Shown: positions 27,860-36,462 of the stretch, piece by piece
Layout: every line of letters begins with the position of its first letter
How positions within the stretch are numbered: position 1 is the stretch's first letter
Translations under genes and position numbers: made by a program
Notes under the pieces: generated by a model
The model's input: the letters and a program-made list of their open reading frames with translations, nothing else
Database searches by the model: none
What the model was told of the DNA's origin: nothing
IMG/VR virus record: IMGVR_UViG_3300050821_003659
Location: 11,962-75,961 of that record
DNA length: 64,000 nucleotides
Origin: a virus
Strand: one strand, 5' to 3'

Positions 27860-28789
27860 ATGGCGTCACCAGCACCTGCTCTCTCAACTCTGACCACCGA
27901 CGTAGCGAAACTCGACCTGAGCAAGACTGAGGACTGCGTCTTCATCACGACCCACTTCACGATGGGCATCGGTCGCATGAAGCAGATCACCAACCTGAAC
28001 GTCATCACCGACGCAGACCAGAGCCAGTTGCGTCACCAGAAGAAACTGATCGACTCTCCTGAACTCGAAGAGATCAGAAGCCAAGACGGTTTCCTCAAGC
28101 GTTACCTCGACAGCAAGATGTGCCGCTACTCTGAGTCCACTGGGTTTCTGCCACACGTGTTCCTGAAAGAAGTTGACCGTGCGATCATCGCGTACCAGAC
28201 CATCCGGCGTCCGAAGCTGGTGCAGAAGTTCATGGAGAAGTACCGAGCACTCGAAGCGATGGACTTCGCACCGCTGAAGGCTGCACTCGGTTCGCACTTC
28301 AACCGCAGCGACTATCCATCGAGCGAGATCGTAGAGCGTGGCTTCGACTTCACGTTCTACTACCGTCCGGTTGGCAAGGTAAACCTCGAAGGCATCAGCG
28401 ATGTCATCATCGCACGCGAAGCCGAAAAGGAACAGGCCATCCGCCTCGCAGCCGTCACAGAGTGGCGTGACGCACTGCGGTTGGCTGGTGCAGAGATGGT
28501 CGATGCACTCTTCGACATGCTCAAACCTGAGGCTGGCAAGACGAAGAAGCTGTACGGTTGCCACGTCGAAAAGTTGCAAGAGTTCCTCGCGACGTTGCCT
28601 GACCGTGACCTAGCGAACGACACAGACTTCACCAAGAACATGAACGTGGTGAAGGCTGCACTCGAAGGCGTCACCATCGACAGACTGCGAGAGAGCAAGA
28701 GCCTCCAGCAGTACGTTGCTGACAAGGTCGCCACGGTTCGCGAGGACATCAAGAACCTGACAATCGTCTCCGGTCGTCGCTTCCGGTAG
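27860..28789 (+). CDS. DUF3150-like protein
   Basis: KKLID...LGSHFNRSDYPS pattern recalled from phage proteins adjacent to AAA ATPases. Confidence 0.55.
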   Translation: MASPAPALSTLTTDVAKLDLSKTEDCVFITTHFTMGIGRMKQITNLNVITDADQSQLRHQKKLIDSPELEEIRSQDGFLKRYLDSKMCRYSESTGFLPHVFLKEVDRAIIAYQTIRRPKLVQKFMEKYRALEAMDFAPLKAALGSHFNRSDYPSSEIVERGFDFTFYYRPVGKVNLEGISDVIIAREAEKEQAIRLAAVTEWRDALRLAGAEMVDALFDMLKPEAGKTKKLYGCHVEKLQEFLATLPDRDLANDTDFTKNMNVVKAALEGVTIDRLRESKSLQQYVADKVATVREDIKNLTIVSGRRFR

Positions 28790-28844
28790 ACACAGACAGG
28801 GGCGGGTTGACAACAGCCCGCCCTTTGATTATCATGAGGGCCAC

Positions 28845-29261
28845 ATGGACAAACCATTCGCACCAACGCCGCAGAAGATCGTGACCATCACCATCGACGA
28901 GAACGGCGACCAAGTCTTTCTGAAGACCGACTCCGCTGATGTGTTTCTCGAACAGGGCGAAGTCATCACACGTCGTGCATCGCACGTTGAACCCGCCGAC
29001 TTCTGGCGGCGTCTGGCGTTCAGTGTACTTCGTAAACTCACACCCGACACGAGCCGCATCGCAGCGTGGACACGCACATGGAACTGCCTCTGGCGTGTGA
29101 ACACGAAGCCTGTCGGTGGCCCGATACTCACGCACTTCCATGTGAAGCCCGAGACGCAGTCGCTGATGTGGGACGCCATCGCGTGGTTCCCCAACAGGCA
29201 GGATGCAATCGATGCTGAGGTTCAGTTTCTGAATCGCTGGTTCGCTGAGAGGACAATCTAA
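28845..29261 (+). CDS. Conserved AAA-module accessory protein
   Basis: ITIDENG...RRASHVEP...RQDAIDAEVQFL. Confidence 0.65.
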   Translation: MDKPFAPTPQKIVTITIDENGDQVFLKTDSADVFLEQGEVITRRASHVEPADFWRRLAFSVLRKLTPDTSRIAAWTRTWNCLWRVNTKPVGGPILTHFHVKPETQSLMWDAIAWFPNRQDAIDAEVQFLNRWFAERTI

Positions 29262-29668
29262 TGAGTGCATACCACACGCAGAAGACGCAGTACAAAGATC
29301 GCGACTGTCTAGTGAAGGCCCTGAACGATCAAGGCTACACGACAGTCGAAGTGCATGAAGTCGCGACGAACCTGTACGGTTATCACGGTGACATGCGTTC
29401 GCAGAAGGCCAACGTCATCGTCCGCCGTCAGTACGTTGGATGTGCAGCGAACGACCTTGGCTTCGTGAAGGCTGAAGACGGCACGTACAGTGCAATCGTC
29501 TCTCAGTTCGACAGCGGCAAGCATGACGCGGGCTGGTTCAAGGGGCTGAAGAAGTCCTACACCGAAGCACGCGACATGAAGACCGCAGCGGCACAGGGTT
29601 TCAAGTTCCTCGGCAAGAAGATCGTCGGGGGCAAAGTTCAACTCCAGTTCGCAGACACGAGGAGCTAA
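29261..29668 (+). CDS. DUF1257 (Ycf35-like) protein
   Basis: MSAYHTQKTQYKDRDCLVKAL...LYGYHGD...NDLGF. Confidence 0.8.
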   Translation: MSAYHTQKTQYKDRDCLVKALNDQGYTTVEVHEVATNLYGYHGDMRSQKANVIVRRQYVGCAANDLGFVKAEDGTYSAIVSQFDSGKHDAGWFKGLKKSYTEARDMKTAAAQGFKFLGKKIVGGKVQLQFADTRS

Positions 29669-29669
29669 C

Positions 29670-29861
29670 ATGGCACTCAAGATAATCACCATCACCATCG
29701 ATGAAGAGGGCGACCAGACGGTCGATCTCACTGGCTACCACGGCAAAGGCTGCGACGCCGTCGCTGATGTCTTCGGTCGAGCACTCGGAGAGACGACCAA
29801 GGTCACTCACAAGCCTGAGTTTAACAAGCCAGCGATCAACAAGAACCTGCTAAGACACTAG
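29670..29861 (+). CDS. DUF2997 protein
   Basis: ITITIDEEG...GYHGKGC...ALG...HKPEF. Confidence 0.8.
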   Translation: MALKIITITIDEEGDQTVDLTGYHGKGCDAVADVFGRALGETTKVTHKPEFNKPAINKNLLRH

Positions 29862-29906
29862 CAGAACGGGGGCAGCGATGCCCCCAGATTGCCTTGGAGG
29901 GCAAAC

Positions 29907-30041
29907 ATGAGCAGATACTCTCGCGACTCTGACTACTCGTTTCTGATCTTCTTCGTGTGGCTGGCTGGCGTCGTAGGCACCGTGGCGTTCTGGGGCACAG
30001 TGTTCTATGTCGCGTGGCACTTCCTGAGCAAGTACTGGTAA
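29907..30041 (+). CDS. Small membrane protein
   Basis: 44-aa hydrophobic ORF with GGAGG RBS. Confidence 0.6.
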   Translation: MSRYSRDSDYSFLIFFVWLAGVVGTVAFWGTVFYVAWHFLSKYW

Positions 30042-30048
30042 CCGCTCA

Positions 30049-30152
30049 CGGCGTCGATGGAGGGCAGCAGCATGAGGGCTGCAATGCAGAGGGTGCGGCC
30101 ACACCCCGAGCAAGCGAGTACCGCAAACACTCGCAGCACTCCACCGACGCCG
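30049..30152 (+). ncRNA. Multi-branch structured RNA
   Basis: CGGCGTCG-A-TGGAG/CTCCA-C-CGACGCCG closing stem with three internal hairpins. Confidence 0.55.
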
Positions 30153-30346
30153 CGATTATGGCAAACACACGGATCGTAATCTCAATGCCTGTGGACGCGA
30201 TGAAACGTCTGCAAGAGAAACTGGCAACGATGACACCCGAGCAGATCAATGCCGAGTTCGGCGTTCCGGTTTTGAGCATCACCTACCCTTCGACAATCGA
30301 GTTGGAAGTTGAAGACGAAGTGAACCACGAAACACGAGCAGGTAAG

Positions 30347-30474
30347 CGAGGCTAGTTGCCTCGCACAACACTCGGTGAGCAATGCACTGGTGAGGGAACG
30401 CCGCCAGCAACACGCTGGTTTGCCCCCATATATTCCAAGTGCTAGGCCGAGTGTTGTGTGAGTCAACCCGACTC
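30347..30474 (+). repeat. Structured intergenic element, copy 2
   Basis: Same three-part layout as 25671-25767, with a different but still complementary long stem. Confidence 0.65.
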
Positions 30475-30489
30475 TAAAAGGGAGAACAC

Positions 30490-31047
30490 ATGATAAACAA
30501 ACTCGCAGTAGAGTTTCTGAACGACGCCATCAAGCATCTGCAATCGCAGTCGTACTCTGACTCCGGTCGCGGTCTGTCCTTCCAGCAGTGGTTCAAGACG
30601 CTGGAGAACTCCATCGAAAAACTTCGCGAGGCCAAGAGCCGCGTGCCTCACGTGAAGACGCCCATCGAGAAGGCGACCACGGTGTTCGATGTCGTGGACG
30701 CGACGAACGATGTCGCGGAGTCTGTCGGCACGCTGGTCGTGATCGACATGCAGCGTCTCGAACGCGAGGTGCTGATCGGCAGCATCGCAGATGCGGACGT
30801 GCAGAAACTTCTGCCCTTCGCCAACGTGATCGGTGACGGCGAGAACTTCCGCCACATCATAAACAAGTCCGCGTACGTGGTCGAAACTAACAGCCACGTG
30901 ATCGCAGAGAACGAAACACTCTGCAAGCGTGCGGGCAAGACGTGGGAGACGTACTACGGCAGCGATGCCGTCAGTGTCGCGACCTGCCCCGGTTGCCTTG
31001 CGAAAGGCAAAGCGGTCATCGTCAACCATCTACTCAAGACACTCTGA
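30490..31047 (+). CDS. Hypothetical protein with C-terminal Zn site
   Basis: GGGAG RBS; H...LC...ATCPGC. Confidence 0.75.
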   Translation: MINKLAVEFLNDAIKHLQSQSYSDSGRGLSFQQWFKTLENSIEKLREAKSRVPHVKTPIEKATTVFDVVDATNDVAESVGTLVVIDMQRLEREVLIGSIADADVQKLLPFANVIGDGENFRHIINKSAYVVETNSHVIAENETLCKRAGKTWETYYGSDAVSVATCPGCLAKGKAVIVNHLLKTL

Positions 31048-31071
31048 GGAGGTGATCCTATCTCGGCACAG

Positions 31072-31209
31072 TGCTGCTGTGCCGTCTGCTCTACTCTGTT
31101 CACGCTGACAGCATCGGGCTACCCAACGGGGGCCGACAGTGTGAGCATGGGGCTACTAAACCGCTATCGCAGGACGCTGCGGTGGAGTAGAGCAGACGAG
31201 ACAGCAGCA
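31072..31209 (+). ncRNA. Long-stem structured RNA
   Basis: 9-bp + 14-bp closing helices separated by a GC/AG internal loop. Confidence 0.6.
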
Positions 31210-31222
31210 ACGTCAAAAGTTC

Positions 31223-31312
31223 GGAAGGTTGGGTGAGTGGATGAAACCATCGCTCTGCTAAGGCGACGTACCCGCAAGGGTGCCGTAGGTTCGAATCCTA
31301 CACCTTCCGCCA
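31223..31312 (+). tRNA. tRNA-Ser(GCU)
   Basis: Full cloverleaf, long variable arm, loop CTGCTAA, GCCA end. Confidence 0.95.
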
Positions 31313-31879
31313 AGCGTGTCGGACTATCCGTTGGGACGTTTCTAGAGCCACCCCCAACGGTGGAGAGCCGATATCCAGCAGTCTGCACTGGGGAGTATAA
31401 GAGCGGCGTCATGAACCGTTCGCCCTATCACTGAGACTTCTGGAGTATCTGCTGGTTCCACGGAGGACACATGGAAACAACTTTATTGTTGCTGGCAATC
31501 GCGTTACTTCTAGCGTTCAGGGGGGCATAATGGCAACCGAAGAGAGCAGGGCAATACTTCCGCCAACAATCGCTGGGCTTGACCTTGCCATCACGGTCAC
31601 TCTCGGTCTGCGACGGTGCGGTCACAAGACGCGGCTGGTCGAGCGTGCCATCTGTGGCTTCCCTGTCATCGAAGTTCTGGCAACTCCACCGCCGCGACCG
31701 ACGCGTGCGGAACGGGGGTGCAACCTTGGACTGTGACACGATCCCCGAGTACGTGCTGAGGCTGTGGAAGCTGATGGAACCCCCACGCAGCCTCAGCTTG
31801 AACGCGGCGAAGGCGGTTGTCAACGCCGCGATGTACGGTGTAGGATGTATCGAAGGCAAAGTGAGAGAGGAGCAACAAC

Positions 31880-32116
31880 GTGTCGAAGAAAACGCTCGAC
31901 GTGATCTTCGTTGAATATCTGAAAGAGCAGGTTGAGGATGCGAAGGCTGAGTACGTGGGCATCCAAGAGTGCGAGGGTGTTGGATACGATCTCGTCCTCT
32001 TCAACTCCCCCAAGACGGGCAGCACGCTAGCCGTCAAATCAAATGTCGATGACGTGCGTGACGCAGTCGCCAAGCGTCTCGCCGCTCACGACAGGGACTG
32101 GAAGAAACATGGATAA
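31880..32116 (+). CDS. Hypothetical protein
   Basis: GAGGAG RBS with GTG start. Confidence 0.65.
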   Translation: MSKKTLDVIFVEYLKEQVEDAKAEYVGIQECEGVGYDLVLFNSPKTGSTLAVKSNVDDVRDAVAKRLAAHDRDWKKHG

Positions 32117-32423
32117 CCAGTGGGGAGTGGGCGTGCCTGACTCAGCGATCATCATGCTTGCCAGACTGATGCTCACACGCATCAAGCTGAAGGGCATGAA
32201 GGTCACGACGAGACAGGACGCCATCGCGATCATCAAGGGGCTACGACCCGCAGTGAGCAAGGACACTCCGCTCAGTGCCGTCGTGAAGCCTGTGACTGAC
32301 AAGCCTGTCGTGGAAGGCAGGTGCTCGTCCTGCGGCAAGCCGTTGCTGAGGGGTTCCCTCTGTCGTACGGTCTGGACGATGCACGACGGGGAGCACATCA
32401 GATGTCCGGGCGGGAAAATATAA
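32109..32423 (+). CDS. Hypothetical protein
   Basis: Operon packing; CSSC motif. Confidence 0.55.
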   Translation: MDNQWGVGVPDSAIIMLARLMLTRIKLKGMKVTTRQDAIAIIKGLRPAVSKDTPLSAVVKPVTDKPVVEGRCSSCGKPLLRGSLCRTVWTMHDGEHIRCPGGKI

Positions 32424-32424
32424 C

Positions 32425-32453
32425 TTGTCAATATAGTTCCGTTATGGCACTAT
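32425..32453 (+). promoter_or_regulatory. Sigma70-type promoter
   Basis: TTGTCA-17-CACTAT; same -10 as 6790 and 42374. Confidence 0.65.
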
Positions 32454-32476
32454 GTTGGCATCTCACGGAGGTGAGC

Positions 32477-32740
32477 ATGCAAGCAGGAAAGACAAAGGCA
32501 GAGCGTAAGGCGTCCCGAGCAGGACGTGTCGCAGATCGTCCGACGAAACGCGGCGAACGTCGTGCAGCGAACACGCTGCGGCGTGTCGAGCAGAAGACCA
32601 CGGCAACACTGAAGGAAGATCGCAAGCGTTCGTACCTCGCGACCTACACCGAGGGCGTGCGTGCGGCAAGGGAACTGAAGAAAACGTTGCGGGCTAACGC
32701 AACCACACCTGCTGAGGCAGCGACCAACGAGACGCGGTAA
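32477..32740 (+). CDS. Small basic protein
   Basis: GGAGGTGA RBS; Arg/Lys-rich. Confidence 0.7.
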   Translation: MQAGKTKAERKASRAGRVADRPTKRGERRAANTLRRVEQKTTATLKEDRKRSYLATYTEGVRAARELKKTLRANATTPAEAATNETR

Positions 32741-32839
32741 GCCGTCTCAACAACGGTGGACGGGGGAGAGGCTGGTGACTCGATGATCCCGTCCGCTGAT
32801 TAAGAAAAACTATACCACTTTTTCTCAACGGAGGATGCG

Positions 32840-33304
32840 ATGGACGGGCAACTCGACAGTGCAGAGCAGCAACTGAAACTGATGCAGGTGATCGAGAAGT
32901 TCGCGGAGACGCGGACGACCGAGAAGTCGGGCCGCATGCACGGACTTGAGACTGTCGAGGGTGCGTACTGCATGTGCGACTCCACGAGCGATGCGTTCAT
33001 CCGCTTCGCACACGCTGCGGGCGTCACGCTCGAACTCTCCCGCTATGACTTCGATCTCGACACGACAATATGTTTGCCTGAGGGCGGCATCCAGTCTCAG
33101 CCGTCACCACGCAACCCCGACCCGACACTTTACCAGCGTGGGAAACATCCGACCGCAGAGTTCCACCGTGCGGGCTGGCACGCAATCGTAGAGACGCCCG
33201 AGTTTTTTCTTGACTTCACGGCACGCCAGTATCATCATGAGGCTTGCTATCCGCACATCATCAGCAAGAAACTAGCAGCGGCAGCAGCCGCAGGAGGCGA
33301 CTGA
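32840..33304 (+). CDS. Papain/transglutaminase-fold-like protein with Ala-rich tail
   Basis: CDSTS...WHAIV...LDFTARQY; ends KKLAAAAAAGGD. Confidence 0.6.
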   Translation: MDGQLDSAEQQLKLMQVIEKFAETRTTEKSGRMHGLETVEGAYCMCDSTSDAFIRFAHAAGVTLELSRYDFDLDTTICLPEGGIQSQPSPRNPDPTLYQRGKHPTAEFHRAGWHAIVETPEFFLDFTARQYHHEACYPHIISKKLAAAAAAGGD

Positions 33305-33716
33305 TGTGTGACGAGACACCGTCTCTGTTCGACATCCTGACTCGATATGAGAACGCGATGGTGCAGGTGCACTACGAGCAGGATGACAGCGAAGCAGCAC
33401 AGACAGAACTGAGCGAGGCTCGACAGGCTCTGCTCACAATCTTACGAGAAGCACTAGGGAGGAACTGACATGTCGTTCGGAGCAAAAGAAGCACGCGAGA
33501 CACGCATCAAGGCAGACCGCAAGCCGCGAGTCAATCTCTGCGGCGACTGCGGCGACGAGATCAGCGAGACAGAACTGCTCTGCGAATCGTGCAGACGAAC
33601 GGGCGAGAATCGGTGGGAGCCAATCCATGATCTGTCCTCGCTGCAAACTCGCTAGGCCCCAGCGTTACGGCGTCATGCTTCGCTGTGGCTGCTGTGGGCG
33701 TGTATACGGTACACAA

Positions 33717-33792
33717 CTCCTGAGTCCCGAAGCCGACGAGGGGCGTGGCTGCAACCCACGTGAAACTGGTGCGAGTCCAGTTCAGGAGTCCA
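33717..33792 (+). tRNA. tRNA-Cys(GCA), atypical
   Basis: CTCCTGA/TCAGGAG acceptor, CGTGG-CTGCAAC-CCACG, T loop TGCGAGT, U73-CCA. Confidence 0.75.
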
Positions 33793-34023
33793 ACATCTGG
33801 CTGGTAGGCACGTTCTTAGGGTCACAATAACGATATTCTAACCCCGCCCTGATGGGTTTAGATCGTGGGTGACCATCGACAAGGGGGTTGCTGTGTAACG
33901 GCACAGGAACCCCCGGAACAGGGAGATCAGCATGAGGGCGTACGCGGTCGAAAGTCTGGTCGTCGTGATCCTGATGGAAGTCATCTGGATCGTGGCGAAA
34001 CTCGAAGCACTGGCGAGGTGAGT

Positions 34024-34662
34024 GTGGGATATAAGCTGACGAACAAAAATCTGGCGGTCACGCGGCTGATGCCTCGCGGCCCAAAGGCAGACAAGCGGCT
34101 GAAGTACATGCACGTCTCGCCGCAGGGCACCGTGTGTCTGACGCCGTCGTATCTCGTGCGAGTGTCGCTGCCGAATGTACCGCAGCCACGTCTGCCTGTC
34201 CTGCACATGCAGAAGCAGATCGATGACGGCGGCTGGATCAATCACGGCACCCAACACGGAGAACCGTTTGACATGGGAGAAGGTCGGCCCGCGACGAACG
34301 GCCCCGAGCACATCGTTCCTCGAATCGATGACGCGATCCCCGTGCCCGAAGATCAGACGGCGACGTTTACCTGCAACGCAGAGACGCTGCTGAAGATGCT
34401 GAAGATCGTGAACGAGGTGAGCGAAGACAGCGAGAAGCCGATACGTCTGCGGCTGTACGGCGGCGAGAACGCGACCGAGCTACGCATCGACTCATACCGT
34501 CAACCGGGAAAGCAGGAGTTCCTCGGCGTGCTCAAGTGCATGGAGTACTACGGGAGCCTGATCCCCGGCGACAAGCCGAGCGACATGCCCGTGAAAGAAG
34601 AACCACCGAAGCAGATGGTCGAGACGCTGAAGGTGAGCACAGGTCGGAGGTTCAGATCGTGA
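34024..34662 (+). CDS. Hypothetical protein (weak resemblance to sliding-clamp domains), GRRFRS tail
   Basis: GAGGTGA RBS; FTCNAETLLKML...PIRLRL pattern. Confidence 0.65.
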   Translation: MGYKLTNKNLAVTRLMPRGPKADKRLKYMHVSPQGTVCLTPSYLVRVSLPNVPQPRLPVLHMQKQIDDGGWINHGTQHGEPFDMGEGRPATNGPEHIVPRIDDAIPVPEDQTATFTCNAETLLKMLKIVNEVSEDSEKPIRLRLYGGENATELRIDSYRQPGKQEFLGVLKCMEYYGSLIPGDKPSDMPVKEEPPKQMVETLKVSTGRRFRS

Positions 34663-35717
34663 AGGGTGAAGAGGACGCGACACTGATCTCGAAACCGACA
34701 GGGAATCTACTGGGCTACTACCACCGCCTGACAGGATTCGCGAAGAAGGGCGAGTCCTGTCTGGATAGCGGCAAGTACATGTGGTCGTACACGAAGTGGT
34801 CGCAGCCTGTGAACATCGCGAACGTGATCGACAACATCGAGAAGTGGCACACGAACGTTCAGGAGTACGCGGTCGTGCGGTGCGTGAACTGCGGAGACTA
34901 TCACGGACAGAGTGACTGGTCTGGCGTGCGGTGCCCGAAGTGTGAGAAGCTGACGTTGAAGGCATCGCTGAAAGACGCGGGCGGATGGCCCCTGCCTGTC
35001 TGTGTGTTGGCGGGCAATCGAGTTCAGTTCACGCAGTACTGCAAAGATAAGGGTGAGAACCCGTACACGACAGACGCGTTCATCGACGGTTCGCAGGGCA
35101 TGATCCACGGGCACCACTTCAGCGGCATCGTGATCGTCGGAACGTTTGAAGAAAAAGTTGACGCCAATGAAATTCTGATGTACGCTAAGGCGAACCTCGA
35201 ACCCGGAGGGCAGATCACCGGAGGAAACGTCGTGAAGCCGAAGCCGCTGCTGGTGGTGAAACCCGTGAACATCTGGAAAGGTGCAGACGGCGTGCCGACA
35301 GCGTCGAAGCCGTTTCTGTTGCCGAAAAAAGAAGAACCGAAGATGAAGAACGGCGAGGTGCGAAAACTTCCCAAGGCGAATAGCCCGATGTGGGTGACGC
35401 AGTGGGCGGCACAGGGCACAGCGAAGACGCCGTACATCGTGAGCAAGAAAGATACGCCGAGTGGAGCAACGACAAGCGAGGGCTGGGCGTGCTCTTGTCC
35501 TAGCTTCACACAAAACTCTCCCCGAGCGGACTGCAAGCACATCTGCTGGGTGAGGAAGTTCGAGAACATCCCGATGAGTGCTGCACCTGTCGCGATGTTG
35601 CCAAAGGAACAGCAGGAGGCGTTCAAGAAGTTTTTGCTGGAGCAAGCGAAGGCGGGCAATCCCGCGATCAAGGTCGAGAAGAAACCGTTCATCACGCAGG
35701 GCAGGAGGTTCCGATGA
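34659..35717 (+). CDS. SWIM zinc-finger protein, GRRFR tail
   Basis: WACSCPSF......CKHI SWIM motif plus an additional CxxC pair. Confidence 0.75.
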   Translation: MKGEEDATLISKPTGNLLGYYHRLTGFAKKGESCLDSGKYMWSYTKWSQPVNIANVIDNIEKWHTNVQEYAVVRCVNCGDYHGQSDWSGVRCPKCEKLTLKASLKDAGGWPLPVCVLAGNRVQFTQYCKDKGENPYTTDAFIDGSQGMIHGHHFSGIVIVGTFEEKVDANEILMYAKANLEPGGQITGGNVVKPKPLLVVKPVNIWKGADGVPTASKPFLLPKKEEPKMKNGEVRKLPKANSPMWVTQWAAQGTAKTPYIVSKKDTPSGATTSEGWACSCPSFTQNSPRADCKHICWVRKFENIPMSAAPVAMLPKEQQEAFKKFLLEQAKAGNPAIKVEKKPFITQGRRFR

Positions 35718-36208
35718 TATCACAGCACAGGACAGACCGAGCGACCGCGTACAACCACATGCCACCACACGAGCGTGCGGCGTCGTTCATCAAATCGAGC
35801 ATCTACTTCTGTGAGCAGAATATCGGCGGTCTGCAATCGGAAATAAAAATGTGGGGCGAACCGGAGATCGTCGCACTCCTCGGTGACGAGACGTGCTACA
35901 TGAAACGTTGTCAGGCCGAGTCTGCTCTCAAAGAGCACGAAGCAGAGAAGCAGAGTTGGGAACATCTCTACGACAAACTCGGAGCGTGCCAGACGTGCAA
36001 CGGGCAAGGATGGCTCTGGCAGTGCGTCTCACAAGACGAATCGATCAAGGTGAAGTGCGACTCGTGCGGAGGGTTAGGCAAGACGTTGGCCGCGACTGCG
36101 GCGGTCAAGACTGTGGAAGCACAGAAGGCAGTTGCCGCAGCCGAAGCCGCGAAGAAGCCGACTCTGCTGGACAACATGAAGACGGCGTTGGGAAGGAAGT
36201 TCCGATGA
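35714..36208 (+). CDS. DnaJ-type Zn-finger protein, GRKFR tail
   Basis: CQTCNGQG...CDSCGGLG. Confidence 0.7.
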   Translation: MISQHRTDRATAYNHMPPHERAASFIKSSIYFCEQNIGGLQSEIKMWGEPEIVALLGDETCYMKRCQAESALKEHEAEKQSWEHLYDKLGACQTCNGQGWLWQCVSQDESIKVKCDSCGGLGKTLAATAAVKTVEAQKAVAAAEAAKKPTLLDNMKTALGRKFR

Positions 36209-36462
36209 CACTGGCGTATGTCCTCTTCAGCGTCATGTTCACGGTGCTGCTGATCGGCACCATACTCGAAGACAGGAGATCAACTCAGATGGAGCAAACG
36301 ATCAAGGCAATTCTGGCACGGTGTCACGGCAACGTGGGCGAGGCTGTGAACTACTGCGTGTCGATCATCACCACGACGAGCAACCCGCATCTGAAGCAGG
36401 AGTATCAGACGCTGCTCGACGCGATCCGACAGAACAAAGCGGAGGGTGCCCATGCTTCATAA
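36205..36462 (+). CDS. Small membrane-anchored protein
   Basis: N-terminal hydrophobic helix; ATGA overlap. Confidence 0.6.
   Translation: MTLAYVLFSVMFTVLLIGTILEDRRSTQMEQTIKAILARCHGNVGEAVNYCVSIITTTSNPHLKQEYQTLLDAIRQNKAEGAHAS

Noticed and set aside
33627-33830. 67-aa ORF spanning tRNA-Cys
   Set aside because: No recognisable domain; its 3' half is simply tRNA sequence, so it was not called with confidence.
35700-35717. Explaining GRRFR purely as a by-product of a GGAGG RBS plus ATGA overlap
   Set aside because: Plausible for four cases, but three others use different codons with no RBS or overlap, so it is not a sufficient explanation.
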